A DNA stretch of 64,000 bases from Diadema antillarum. Its lineage: Eukaryota. This document shows, piece by piece, positions 1 to 13,411 of the stretch. Each line of letters begins with the position of its first letter. The stretch's first letter is position 1. Made by a program: the position numbers and the translations under genes. The notes beneath the pieces are model-generated. The model did no database searches. It was not told the DNA's origin and saw nothing but the letters and a program-made list of their open reading frames with translations. The DNA lies in contig NW_027271448.1 in NCBI RefSeq assembly GCF_040938485.1, positions 124,001 through 188,000 on the forward strand, read 5' to 3'.

Positions 1-1235
1 AGAAAGATTAAATACATGACTTAACGGTTCTGCGAGTGGATAAACTATCTCTTTCAATAACATCATACTTATTTTATCAAAACCACAAGATTTAGAGCTA
101 TCTAAAGATTTAGTGATACTAATGATTTCACTGGGACTTGTTGGATTAAAATAAATAGACTCTTGATTTTGGTCAAAAAGATAATCTGTAAAATGAGCAG
201 AAGTATTGCTAATTTTAGTAGCAAGTTCCGGACCGATGTTAACGAAAAATGAGTTAAATGAATTAGCATACACATTGGGATAATTTATTTTAATGCCGTT
301 TAATGCGATATCATCCGTTGGCGGAGAATCAGGCTTTTTACCTAGAACCTCTTTAATGATTTTCCATGTTGCATTAATATTCAAAGAAACCTTTTTCATT
401 CTATCAGAAAAATATAATCTGCGGGATAAACGAATCAATTTTGTCAATTTATTTCGATAAACTTTACACATATTCAAATTAAATTCAGTTGGGTTACGAA
501 TATGTAACTTATACAAAAAATTACGAGTGTTTATGGATTTCAAAAATACCTTTCGTAATCCAAGGATTTCTTGGTTTACTTCAGTTACTTTTTATTCTAC
601 ATAAAGGAATATTATTTTCATAATAATACAACAATTTATCATTAAAACATTTATATGCCAAATTAACATTGTTAATACTATAAATATCTGTCCATTCCTC
701 TAAAAATGAATTTTGTTTCAATAATTCCACATTACATTTTGACTCTTTATAATACCATATTTTATCACGTAATTCATTACGACCCAATTTACATTCACAA
801 ATTGAAAATATTGGTAAATGATCAGAAACTTCAGAACATAATATACCCCCCGTAATTGTATTATTGTACACATTCGAAATATATTATCAATCTGAGTTGA
901 TGAGTGTGGATTTATCCTGGTGGGTTTATTGATAATCGACATAAAACCATATGAATACATTGAATGCATAAAATTAAGGGAATTATTGTTATCGGATGTG
1001 GGGGAAAAGTTAATGTTGAAATCACCAAAAATAAAAACATGTTTACTTTCATTACCTATCTTATGGAGATATAAATCCAATTCATCACAAAATAATTCAC
1101 AATTCAGATCAGGGGGTCGATAAATTAAACCTCTAATAACATTTTTAGAAATTGGGTTATCAATTTCAATAAATAACGTTTCTGCATAACTTAACGTGAT
1201 TTCAGAACTGATTTTGAAGGTATAGCATGATGATT
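1..1235 (-). mobile_element. L2/CR1-group non-LTR retrotransposon ORF2 fragment (APE endonuclease + linker), frameshifted; runs off the window edge
   Basis: Joined minus-strand frames give IYRPP, GDFNIN, NKPTR, IDNIF and SDHLPIF (APE motifs), then PWIT.GILKSI, YRNKLTKLIR, NSFNSFFVNIGPELA and SSKSCGFDKIS, the typical linker before the RT domain. Confidence 0.93.
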
Positions 1236-2110
1236 GTATTGTTTTGTATTGAATTATCTTTTGCTTATTGAATAGAGTGAAGGAATAAATTAAACAAGGT
1301 TTTGAAGTAGATATTGGATAACAGTAAAATAATTATATGTGTGAGCCCTATAGCCCATGTGTTGCTCCCCTGTTCATGTTATTTGTGTTATACGTCAACT
1401 GTGCCGGTGTGTGTGTATGTGGGTGTGTGTGTATGTGTGTGTGTGTAAATTGTCACCTCACGGTGAAATATTTAGTGAAACATACAGGTAGAAAAATAAT
1501 ACCTCCCCTTTTTTTTAATAAATCTTACGTGATGAAGAGGAAATTTAGAAATCGAGTGTGGGAGAGAAAACCGTAACTTTCCTCTTTTCGTTTCTTTTCT
1601 TTTTTTTTGTGAGGGGGATGTTGAATGGGATTAATGATCAAATCATCATTGTATTGATTTATCCCGTTACACTTAAAATTGCATAGAAATGGCTCAGATA
1701 CAAACTAACCAACCAACCAAACAAACAAAAAGACCAAAGGAGAGAATTATTTATGATGACAACAGGGTGGGAAAGTGGTTACAAAATAACGAAATACAAA
1801 ACAACTCACCCTCCGTCCTCACACGTGACCGTAAACCTTGAAAGGGACAGCAGGTGATTCGAGTATGTGACGGGCCTCAGCTTGCGGAAATGTGTGATCA
1901 ATATGGACGACTGTCACATAAATGAAGGTGTGTTGATGGGAGGTGTTGCCATGGCTTGTGAGCAATACAAAAGTTGGGAGATGTGTGGCGAGGGTGAAGA
2001 TGAAGAAAGAAAATGAATCATGCCGTCAGAAAAATTTTACAGTATATAACCGTTGATAACCATGGAAGCAGATATGCAGGTTGGTTGTTATCTAAGCTGA
2101 TGTATGCATG

Positions 2111-2141
<31 letters not shown>

Positions 2142-3689
2142 GCACACTCAGTTATCGTACTTGCGTGTCTGTGTGTGTGTGTGTGTGTGTGTGCGTGTGC
2201 ATTTCTGCAGGGAGGTTTGTATGGGAGTCCCCCCCCCCCACCTCCCCCTGGTTCGTCTGTGCGTGTGATAATTTTAATATGTCATCATGAAGGTACACTG
2301 TACTTAATTTTCACATTATGTATCAATTTTTACGAAATATATATTTTTAATCTTTACCGCACTTATTCATTTTTTTCTTGCGAAGTAGCACATTTCTGTC
2401 AGACGTTAACAGATTACAAAGATAGAAATCGAACAACGCAAATGAAAAGGCAAATAAGCGTTGCTTGCATTCCCTTCTGTAACCTAAATTTTCGGAGAAG
2501 ATCAGGCACAAACACGCAAGTAGACTATAGAAAATGGTTGTGCGTTTTAATCTGTCATAAAAATTGTCTCCTACCTAGCACTTAGTGATTGATTCAGGAT
2601 AACGACAGCGAAATAACTCATTGGTCAAGCCATTTGCTTCCTTTGTTAAGCCTCAACCTGGAAGGAATAATTTTTCCACCAAGGGGTCATTCTTACGTTT
2701 ATGAGAAGAGTAAATATGATTGGATCATCTCAGGTTTTCAACTTTGTCATTTCACGTACCAGTAGAAGGCTGATCAATTGTATCTCGGATCACCACACGG
2801 TGCTCAATTATCCATTTACAATACGCCCACCCTGTCCACAACATTCAAGGTGTGGTGCCCATTTGTTGGCGACTTATCATAATGTGTCGCAAACCGCACA
2901 ATCGGGTGATGAAACGATTATTGATATAATACAGCCCCTTTCATTCCCATGTGTCTGGCGACAAAAGTTGTCCTTTGATTTTCTTTTGTATTGTATGCAT
3001 GACGACGTCGCAGAATCTTTTGTCTGGTTGGGCAGGTGAGCGGACACGCCCATTTCATGGTGGCGCCTGTTGCTACGCGACGGGAAGCGAACTCTCATGA
3101 TCAGTCTGTCCGGTCGTCGAATGATACCCGTAGGTCCGTTGGGACAATACTATATAATCGATGCGCTGTACACTTATACCGGTTTACCTTTGCAAACATA
3201 ACGGGAGGCTTGATTGAAGATTGGCAACATGTTGCCTCGCTTTCAAAGCCAGTATATTTAAGCAAACGTTAAGTGGTATAATATTATTGGCAGATAGATT
3301 TAGCCGTAATCACATGCACACTGTGGTTGGAGTAAGACAGTCACCTACCCCCTTAATTCATATTGGGCAACGCGTACTAGTTTCAAAGATTTTCTTACTT
3401 GTTTTTTCTTTAACTTTTAAGTGTGATTATGTGAACATCACCAAGCTAGTTCGTAATTAGCTCGTGTACATATTGGTGCAAATGACCTTACTTAAGCCAT
3501 GGTTAAACACTTCACGCGCTTCCAAAGCGTCATAAAGCATACGCTTGCCCAACGTAACAATATATAAAATTCTTGTTCAAACAAAAATGAACTTGCTTTT
3601 AGATCAGGTGACAAGAATGGTCCAATAGTTGACATTTTCTTTCTTTATATCGTTGTACTCATGTGACATCACAAGCTATAGTAGTCTTC

Positions 3690-3837
3690 TCATCCAGCCT
3701 TGAGTGAGCAGAAACTTAAAAAATTCATAACTTTTGAACCGATTGTCCGATTTTCCTCAAACTCTCAATGATGTGCTCTACTAATATTGCTGCATTCACT
3801 CAACCCACATGTCTATGAAGGTGATCTTGTCCTTTAA
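3690..3837. mobile_element. Partial Kolobok-type MITE end
   Basis: Ends in ...CTTGTCCT-TTAA, like the other TTAA-AGG elements in the window; the left end was not found. Confidence 0.4.
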
Positions 3838-4246
3838 ATAGAAAGATAGAATGCAAAGATTATTCTCTAATGTTTATAATGGCTTACTAACATAGTTATG
3901 TAAAATGTGTGACTAACTGAATGCAATCGCCACTATTGAGGCAGCTGGCAGCGCCTGGGCAGAGCGTCGCGTCGGGAACCCAATGAAACTGTACGCACAG
4001 CTGCCGCTGAGGGCAGTATAAACACCTTAGCGTTGGAGTCACTCTTAATCCATTATAAAGGGACTCTTTTTACTGTAATGTATTGGTGTACGCTCTCTCC
4101 CGATCATTGCTGTCTCAAAATTCGAACAGCATTAATTTGTGATATAATGGTTAAGAGCAAAGGGGATACAGATAACTTTGCGTACACCATCCCAGGTGGA
4201 AGATCTGATGGGTTTATAGGCGTGGCCTTTTTAACGTCGGGCTTAC

Positions 4247-4820
4247 CTGAACAGGAACTGTGAGAGATATTCTTCTGTAAATACCATTCCTTAGATGTAT
4301 TTACAATAATACAATACAAGGCAAAGGCAATGGGCCCAGGAAAGTGTGAGAAGAAGTTTGACGTCAAAAAAGTAACACGTAGCTTACATAAAGTGTTCTA
4401 GCAAGTTTACACAATTGTGCATACACGCATCTTCAAGATGATTTGCCTCGAGATGTGGAAGAGAAAAAAAAACCACACACACACACACACACACAAAAGA
4501 GAGGAAATTGAATCTTCTATCCCTTTCCCCCTTTGGAGTACAGGGATCAAGAATGGACTTCCAGTACCACAGGGAACCGGGTATTTTTTTTCCCTTCTTC
4601 TTTGATAGTGACAAGTTCAAATCCCAGATAAGCCCTCTTCAATCCACTCCCAGTGAATCTTTTCAAAATGCACTTTATTTCAGAGTATCAACTTCTCTGA
4701 CCTCTTACCTCGTTTTCTTTTCTTTACTGAAGTCTTGCTTCCTTTTTCTTTTAACTAGCTTCTCGTCTTCGTTTATTTGAAGCACTTCAGACTTTGACGA
4801 ACCCTCGACCGGCAAATCAC
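4247..4820 (-). CDS. Two candidate coding exons (4820-4709, 112 nt; 4274-4247, 28 nt) of an unknown gene, or decayed TE coding sequence
   Basis: Both have AG acceptors and AG|GTAAG donors; they join in frame as (G)DLPVEGSSKSEVLQINEDEKLVKRKRKQDFSKEKKTR-RISLTVPVQ. No recognisable homology. Confidence 0.25.
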
Positions 4821-5597
4821 CTTACACAAGACAAGTGTTACAAGTTTTTGGCTGGTTAAATCCTCACTCATCTCTTGGACTGATCCTCTTCGCTCCCCGC
4901 TTCCGAGGGCCAGTGTCAACACCATGATGCGAGGCAACAAAACACTTCGCACCAAACGTTAATTCTTCCCCAAAGTGGGGTGAAAATCGATGGCGAGTGC
5001 AAACCGAGTGAAGAGAACTAATATTTGTCCGGGCAAACTCTCGACTATTCTTTGTGGATTGTTTCTCTTTCCAGAGGAAACTTGTTTCAAGTAAACACAA
5101 ACCGGGGAGGTACATGGGACGGCTCCACCTCCGTGCACCCACTAAGTTGCAGGCAGGACGGTAGGAGAAGCCGCTACTGCCCCCAAATCCTGTACACCAT
5201 GATATCAGAGCCGCCCATCCATCACTTCCCGCGTAAGGGAGCACACCATGTATACCGGTGTTTCACGAAGATACAACTGACCAACTTTGAAGACCTTGAA
5301 CGTGTTGACTGAGGCCTAAATCTCAGTATCATCCATCTTTGTTTACTGAACTGCATGATGATGTTATAAAATGGCCGAATGAACAGTAAACATGTATACA
5401 GTTTCAAATATATTCTGTTACTATAATCAATACAAATTTAACTCCTTCTGTGCCAGTGAGCAAGTCAAACGTGCACAGATTTAACACACAATCCTATGGA
5501 CAGATAATCAACACGGCACACAGAGGGTTAAGATAACGGTACCATGATTGGATAACTCACTTTCAAAGTACTAATACATGTAATTATAAATATTCTA

Positions 5598-5700
5598 ACA
5601 TCCAACTGGACCCCATGGAAGACCAGCTTATAGTGTAGCTGAATATGGGCTATCCAGCCATCTTCACAGATGGAAAATGAACAACAACAACAACTACCGT
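5598..5700 (+). repeat. Probable retroposon 3' end with (CAA)n tail; first ~62 nt duplicated at 6616-6676
   Basis: ACATCCAACTGG...GGCTATCCAGCCA occurs twice, differing only by a 2-nt indel; the first copy is followed by AACAACAACAAC. Confidence 0.45.
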
Positions 5701-6676
5701 AGCTGAAAAAAAAAAATTCTGTGATCACAATCACCCACACGTTGTGCATAATTACTATCATCATTACATAATATTTTTCAATTTTAGTTGGTTTGACCTT
5801 CCGGAAAAGCATCAACATTATGACAGCAAATGAGCTTTGGGAAGGACATTATTGCACTATTTTATAATGAACCATGGGGAATGGCATGTTCCAGAGGGCA
5901 GAAGGGGTGGGGGACTTAAATTGACAATGGTGCGTCTTTGTAGTAGACAAACAATGCGTAACGAGTAGTCTAACAAGCAAAAGAGAGAAAAAAAAAGAAG
6001 AAAATGAAGTAAAGTTGGCTACCTAGGTGACGCTAATAAGAAATGATTTTGTAATTTCTGGAGCTGATAGGCGATCATGTGATAAGGCGTGTTCTTCGAT
6101 TATTTAACCAGAATCACTCTCGATGTTGGTTTGCAGATACACCACAATCGCCAAGTTTAATCAGATGACGGCAGAGCTGTTTGAATCTCCCGAGATGAGG
6201 GGAAAGTAATACAATGAAAGAATGGGGGCACACACCCAACCGCTGACTTTATGAAACTTAATTTATGCATCTCAAGGGATATTATAAATTCATGTGCATT
6301 CTTGTTGTCGTAACCTCTTTGCGTACACGTCTCTCTCCCTCTCTCTTGGGAATGGGTATACCACGTACCTGATGATGCGTGATGAATACTGTAGCATACT
6401 GAATAAGTGATAACGTCACTGGGATGATGTAGAAAAACAAAGAGACGAAAAGGTCGGCGCAAGATCTGTCTTTGTCACCAAACCCAGATTCTACGTTGTT
6501 TGTAATACATTACAAATCTCGACATTAACGGTGGTTCGGTGGCCCGGGGCCACTGATATGAATGCTGAGCCACCAAATTTACCGGGTGTCTAACCCGGTG
6601 AAGTGGTCCCACCCCACATCCAACTGGACCCCATGGAAGACCAGCTTAGTGTAGCTGAATATGGGCTATCCAGCCA

Positions 6677-6805
6677 NNNNNNNNNNNNNNNNNNNNNNNN
6701 NNNNNNNNNNNNNNNNNNNNNNNNNNNNNNNNNNNNNNNNNNNNNNNNNNNNNNNNNNNNNNNNNNNNNNNNNNNNNNNNNNNNNNNNNNNNNNNNNNNN
6801 NNNNN
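6677..6805. other. Assembly gap
   Basis: Run of N. Confidence 1.
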
Positions 6806-7193
6806 CTAAGGTAACTAAGATTCAAAACGAATTGGATTGGTATATTTACTTTTATTTTTGGCAACTACATGTCTTTTTCGGGCCTCCAAACTTTAGAAAA
6901 TGAAAATTTACTGGCCCGAATGGGCCCTAACAGAATATGAAGAATTTAATGTCGAATCCTGATTTTGGTGATATAAAAGCCTACGATATTTACTCTCATT
7001 TTCTAGTATTTTCCGTTTTAATAACGCGCTACGCTTTACTTCTGTGTGATTTACTCATTTTCAAATTGATGAAAACGTAAACAAATTCACATCGAATATG
7101 CAAAATCAATGGGTTAAAAGAAAACAAAGAATTGCGACTTGAAACCAATCTTAACTATGGATGATTAACATGGAGAAATTGCCACTGCATGTG

Positions 7194-7603
7194 TTAAAGG
7201 GATCGTATACTCTGGTTTTGGTTGAGACCAAACCTCAGGTTTTTTTTTTTTTTTTTTTGGGGGGGGGGGGTAAGATAATGAGAAACCTCTTATGACATAT
7301 GAAAGTGCATGTAATTCCAAAAGGGATTCAACATTTGAAAATTGGTTTTGAAATAACTGACAAATCCAAAATAAAGCGATCAGAATAAAAGGTGGGACCC
7401 ACTTTTTATTAGGATCGCCTTGTTTTACTTTGATTTTGGATGTCTCAGTCATTCCAAAAACAATTTTCATCTAAAAAGCTTTGATTTTTTTTTTCTAGAA
7501 TGGTATGCTTTGTATTATTTCATAAGCGGTTTCTTGGTATCTCGCAAAAAAGTTAAAAGCCCAATCCTCCTCTCACCAGTCTTATATTATACCATCCCTT
7601 TAA
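7194..7603. mobile_element. Kolobok-type foldback MITE, family A
   Basis: TTAA-AGGGAT...ATCCCT-TTAA; long imperfect inverted arms shared with the other five family A copies. Confidence 0.85.
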
Positions 7604-8142
7604 TGCGGCTTCTTCAGTTTTCTTTGTCCCCCCCCCCTCTCTCTCTCCCTCTCGTACACGCACACCACCTGCGTTTCTGATTCATCGTTTCTCTCATTTT
7701 GATCACGAGTAGGCGAGAAATCTCTGAAATGGTGGAGAATAAATGCATTTTTCTTACGCCCCCAATGTTTCTCTATATTTGCTTGTCGCTCGCTGTGTGC
7801 TTGTCGACTTATATTGAGTACCCAATATCGGACATTCGATTGCTCTGTAAATATGGACAAGAGTTATTGTACTATTAAAGCAAACATTCTGCGATTAACA
7901 TCGCTTGTTTGCATTGAGAACCTTGCTTGTCAGTCTTGCCAAAAAGAAGAAGAAGAAGAAGAGATGTGGTTGGTTGAAAATGGCTAAGGACATCATTAAC
8001 CAATCAATCAGATTTTTCTTTCTCACGGGTGACGACTGAAACATTCATTTCTTTTTTTTATAGCTAAATTCAAGCACTCATACGCACAGTAATATAGTGC
8101 AAATTGTATGATCTTCTTGTCGAAGAAAATGGCTGCCTATTG

Positions 8143-8554
8143 TTACAGGAATATGGTATATACGATTTGGTTTAGAGGGTGATTCAGGTTTCAACTATTT
8201 CGCGAGGTAATTAGAAACCACTCATATGCAATATTAGAGAGAATATGATTATAAGAGGAATTAGAAATTTGATAAAAATTTGTTTTGAAATAGATGAGAT
8301 ATCCACACAAAAAAAGCAAAACAAAGTAACCTATTCCTGACAAAAGGTGTTACAAGGTGTACCAACCCTTTATTAGGATTACTTTCTTTTCGGATATCTC
8401 AGCCATTTTAAAACGATTTTATCAAATAATGTTTCACCTCCTCGTAGAATCGTATGCTCTTTAATACAGCACGTGTTACATGCAGTTTCTAATTATCTCG
8501 CAAAAAGTTACAACCTGAATCCCCATCTCAACCAAAACTATACTATCCCTTTAA
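8143..8554. mobile_element. Kolobok-type foldback MITE, family A (degenerate left end)
   Basis: Right end CTCAACCAAAACTATACTATCCCT-TTAA; interior matches the other copies. Confidence 0.8.
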
Positions 8555-8927
8555 AAGCAATCAAGGGGTGTCCTATTCTTGCCTTCACCGTCATCTCTTT
8601 AAATAGCATGCTGTAGGCAATTTCCAACCAATAATTTGGCCCTGAACGTGTGCTCGGTTCTGCGCTGCATGAGGTAATAATGATGAGATGCAGTCTCCCA
8701 AGTGCTTGTTCATTACGTAAGAATCATTATTCCATTCAAGTTTCTCCTTCTTTTCGTATACTGTCTGTTATAATTACCTTGGGCATGCTTGCCGTAATGG
8801 AGCCCAATTTGGCGTCTTCGAGCAGACCCACATATACAATGGAGTACGACTGCCTGGCTTCCCGCTTGATTGATTCCCGCTGCATTTTCTCCTGGTTTCA
8901 CCACTTTAGGTGAGGGACAATAATTCT

Positions 8928-9124
8928 GTTCCATGACATTTGCTCCTGTGACAAAATTTCTAACATGAAACATAAATTCTATCCACAAACCTTACCCTAA
9001 CCCTAATCCTAATCCTCACATCAAACGAAACCTAAAACCCTACTGCAACCCTAACCCTAACCGTAAGTGTTTTGAGAATATAAAATCGGAGCAATTGTGG
9101 CAGGCGTTAAAATGTCGTGTCACC
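8928..9124. mobile_element. Short non-autonomous element with inverted ends and internal degenerate (TAACCC)n tract; possibly Helentron/HINE-like
   Basis: GACATTTGCTCCTGTGACAA at the left is inverted against GGAGCAATTGTGGCAGG...AAATGTC at the right; CCCTAA repeats at 8989-9063. The class assignment is inference. Confidence 0.6.
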
Positions 9125-9173
9125 CAATAATTCATCTTAATCATGCTGTTTTCAGCAGAAGAGTTTTGCTTAC

Positions 9174-9271
9174 CTTTGAAATTCCTTCCGTATCGATGGC
9201 ACTACCGATTCGTATGATCACTCTTTTACCCGATGAAGGGGTCTTCCATTTTCAATGAAACTGTCACCATC
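9174..9271 (-). other. Candidate non-coding or UTR exon (98 nt)
   Basis: Acceptor CCCACTTTCTTTCCCAAACAG and donor AAG|GTAAGC; all three frames contain a stop. Confidence 0.3.
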
Positions 9272-9384
9272 CTGTTTGGGAAAGAAAGTGGGCGTTTAAT
9301 ACATGAAGACATATACATACATATATTACATGATTAATATGATAGCCTGAATTCCTGTATACTGCTCTTTTCAGAGAGTCACAG

Positions 9385-10230
9385 GTGCAATTCAATTCGA
9401 TTCAATTCAAGTCATTTATTATCATGCACCACGGCATAAAAATCTTCTCAACAGTCTCCATTTCAAAATTTCACATGTAAAAAAAAAAAAAGTATAATGA
9501 TGTATACATAACTGAAAGACAAGGAACATAACACTAAACAAAGTCCATCAAATACACGTATTCTAATAATCAAAATATTGCACTTGGTCTCTGCACATGT
9601 ACATGACCTGTGTGTTATTACAAGAGATTATGGTTTCAGCAATTTATCTCAGTAACCTCAGTTAATGACACTCAGTTAATGAAAGCAAAAAACACGCATG
9701 GCCCACCCACCCCACACTCAAAAACAATACACGCACAACCATACCCGCCCATACACACACACACACACTCACACTCACACAAGCATACACAGACATACAT
9801 ACATACGCAAGGGAAGAGAGCATGAGAAATTCATGGAAACACATGAAACAAACAGATCTCAATCGATGCGAACTGCTCCATTTTACAAGAAAAGACAAAG
9901 CAGGGTATATTAGAAATTATGTCATGGTGTGTTCAAGGCAGTTTCATTAATCTACGCTGTAACCTTTTGGACACTTAAAGGTATTAACATTCATTTTCAT
10001 AAAATGTCTCAGAGAAGACTATTGAGTTTATTTGAATCCTTACTGAAACAGCCAGTGAGGTTATTACTAAAGCAAGCAATGACTTCTGATGTATGCAAAA
10101 GGGGACCACCAACGCTAAGGTATTGTTTGATCTTAAAAAGTAATAAGGATGTGGGCTGATAACATGTAATGAAATGATACATATAGTTTTCTTTAATCTA
10201 TTTAAAAAGCAATCGACAGTCATGTCAATT
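9385..10230 (-). mobile_element. Decayed LINE 3' end with (TTGAA)n tail
   Basis: (AATTC)n at about 9387-9410; minus-strand HPYYFLRSNNTLALVVP and NVNTFK resemble an ORF2 C-terminus. Confidence 0.4.
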
Positions 10231-12230
10231 CAAATGTACATCATCAAATAGCCAAAATCAAGGCCTTTGAAAACGGTTAACTATAATTGTTATTACACCG
10301 TTTACTCAGAGCCATGTATCAGTAAAGACCTATTGACTTTATGACTGTATGTCTCCTGTAGATATAATTATTCAGAATGATATCTATATCCTTTTAAGTA
10401 AAATCTTGTAATCAGTGACACATTTTCACATATATGACAGAATGGAAATGCAGATGAAATATACATTAGACACGTTTATATACGGCAAATATCATCAAGA
10501 GCTTAATTGGATAAGGGTCTACTCCTTTGAGGTGTAACAAAAACATTTGCATCCGCCGATGTTATATAAAGTCTTTATAGCATTAAACAATTGTTGAAAT
10601 AGCGAATAAAAAGATGAAGGTGGTGCACGATCTTGCACGGGATGAAATGTGAAATGACCTTTTGAGGGAGGCGAAGAAAAGTCTATATTTCACCGAAGGC
10701 AAAACATTGTCCCAGTATAAGGCATGTTTAAATTACCGTTCATTATTTGTTTTATATAACTTCATTATTCTTCAATACGGCTATGCGTCCATCCCATATA
10801 GGTACAAACAACGACAACGATTTACAGCCGCCAGGAGAATGGCAAACCATGGATCTACAAGCCATAATGGAGAAATTGCGAAATAGGAGAATAGCCTACA
10901 GAGTAATGCAAGTGATTGATGACGTCATCGTGTTATCCAACACTGCTCGACAGCATTAATTTGTATGCTTGTATGTGCAGTGACACTCTTAGCGAAAGTC
11001 GTATGACTAACAGTCGATCAATCTTGTAACAGGAATGATTTACGTCCTGTGTAAAACGCATTACCACTTAGTAGTTATTACAATATATTATTGTTATTAT
11101 TATTTTTTTACGTTCCGTAAACTGTCTCCACACGGCGTCACTCGATAATGTGTTTTGCGACCTTTTTACGAGGTCGAAACGACAGTTTGGTGTCATCGAT
11201 TTATTCATAGGACCTCTAGACAACCTTTTTCGGGGGGGGGGGCATAAGATATTATGTGGATATTTCTCTTCATTTTGCAGTAGAATATACGTTCCTTTTT
11301 CCTCCTTTCCAATGGCTTAGTGATTATTGCAAGAGCTCTTCGGAGAGAGTTATGGAGATTACAGGGTAGTTATCTATTTTCTAAATGAGCCACTTTTCCT
11401 CTCTCTGTCTCTGCGATGCCAACATAATCTGCAAGGTAGGTGAAAAAAAAGCTGTGCGTATAGAGGCGATCTAAATACAGAGCATGAGACCTTTCCAGGT
11501 TCCCATCATGCCATCATGCTCCAATTGGAATGGGATTGCTTCATGATTCGTCGAAAAATACCCCAGAAATATCGACACAATATATTACAGATTACACACT
11601 GATGCCTAAATGAGTTTGATATCCACGGATACAGAATTTAATCGCAGAAATGCACGGGGGTTGATAATCATGACATTTCGGGATTCACCTTCGAACGCAA
11701 GACTGCCGTCTTGCATTAGTTTCCTGGTCTCCATTTTAGCTTACTCAATGCTATTTCTTGGTTAAATCATGGATCTACAAGCTTCATGGTTAAATAAAAA
11801 GCTATGTCCATAAAAGTTCTCGTTCCAGAGAGCCACCGAAGAATTAAATGTCATTTCCTGGGGAAAAATGCGGTAAGCCAAAACTCTTGACGACGGCAAA
11901 TCAACGAAAAATAAGGCATTTTGATCGAATTAAAAGTAAGTCAAAAATGCGGGAGAAAGACAAACAAAACTTTTAGTGTCAAAGCTTTGAGAATAAAAAG
12001 AAATAGAGCAGTCGCCTACTTCCACACGCAAAAATCATATTCTTTTACGCATGTTTCGTTAGTTTGTTTGTTTGTTTGCTTGTTTGTTTGTTTTTTGCCT
12101 TGTTTCTTTTTCTTTCCAGTCTCTTTTGGCATGTTTGGGTGCGATTTCTACCATTGGCATTTTACGCCAAGTGGGTACTTGGGTAATGTCTTGAGTCTGT
12201 GTGAGCTTTTGTTTTTGTTGTTTATTCATG

Positions 12231-12266
<36 letters not shown>

Positions 12267-13255
12267 ATACACATACTGAATGGATTCCATTGGGAATTGG
12301 TTGCAGAAGATTATATCTCCAAAGAGAGAAGGCGTGAAATGTTGGCACGCTGATAAGGATCAGATGAAGTCGGTCGGGTAGAGATAACCTTTGCGATAAT
12401 ATGCAAAGTGAAAGAGAACCATGAATATTCATTATGTGAGAGGTTAAGACGGATTGTGACGCTTGAGTATAATGATGTCCGGGTATCCTCGTCGCTGACA
12501 GATTCTGACCACCGAAAGAACGGCCTGACTAAATCCAAAAGGGATGTCAGTTGTCGAATTTCAAAGCTACATGGTTCATGATCAGCTGGAATCATGTAGT
12601 GAAAATTTTGTATCATTACAAAAACAACAAACTTACAGGACACGTTAAAAGTTTGACTACATTCGGACTGATTCTCGATCCGCCGCCAATGTGGTGTAAT
12701 AGGATCTTGTTGGTCGATATTGAATGCGACAACAACCCCATCCCCCCCCCCAAAAAAAAAAAGGAAAAAAAGAAAGAAAAGGGAGGTGGGGGTAGGGAGG
12801 AGGTATTCCTGATTTTATTTTCATAGTCATAGGCCCTACATGTTTTTATTCCATGCGCTTTACGTGCATAGAAACCATACAGCTTGTTTTATTACCTCCG
12901 CAAAGGGAGGAGGTTATGTTTTTTATTAAATGTCAGGATATGTGTCATACTGCACGGCCTACGATGTCTTCCATGGCAATTATGCCTATAAGACTGGCGA
13001 TAATCGTTTTGGGCAAAATTATTGTAAGTTGCACGTTCTGTCAACTCCTTAATGCTTGCGAACCGTTGGCCCCAACACTTAGTGGTTTTACTGCTATCTA
13101 TTATAGTGGTGGTGATATGGGAATAGTCGTCATAATGATGTAAACAATCTTTGTAGGTCATCACAATCCAGCGTTATTCACGCTCTAGATATTTCTGACG
13201 AGCTCCGCCTGTGCTCAGGTGGCTCCTGTCTGTTTCTTTCTCTCTCCGTCAGAAA

Positions 13256-13335
13256 AGGGCTTTTTACACTTGCAAATTTTGCTTATATCGGTAATTACAT
13301 GGGGAACCTTCATAATTACAAAATACGAGTGTACA
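13256..13335. mobile_element. Short relic of the AGGGCTTTTTACAC (Harbinger-like) MITE
   Basis: Same 5' end as the element at 44530 (AGGGCTTTTTACACTTG..AAATTTT.GCTTA). Confidence 0.5.
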
Positions 13336-13411
13336 GACTTACCAGCATGTTCCCGAGAACAAATCTTCAAGAGCAGTTGGTGTTATCGAAATCCAGGCAT
13401 CTTGACTTATC

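Noticed and set aside
2013-2585. Longest ORF in the track (190 aa)
   Set aside because: It stays open because of (CA)n, (GT)n and poly-C tracts; the product is low complexity.
8989-9063. Telomere or chromosome-fusion scar
   Set aside because: The tract is short, degenerate and enclosed within a TE-like element.
8786-9271. Two minus-strand 'exons' reading ...RIGSAIDTEGISK-EQMSWNRIIVPHLKW*NQEKMQRES... with in-frame TGA codons, suggesting selenocysteine or readthrough
   Set aside because: The second exon's acceptor and first codons lie inside the terminal repeat of the 8928-9124 element, and I saw no SECIS element or redox motif.
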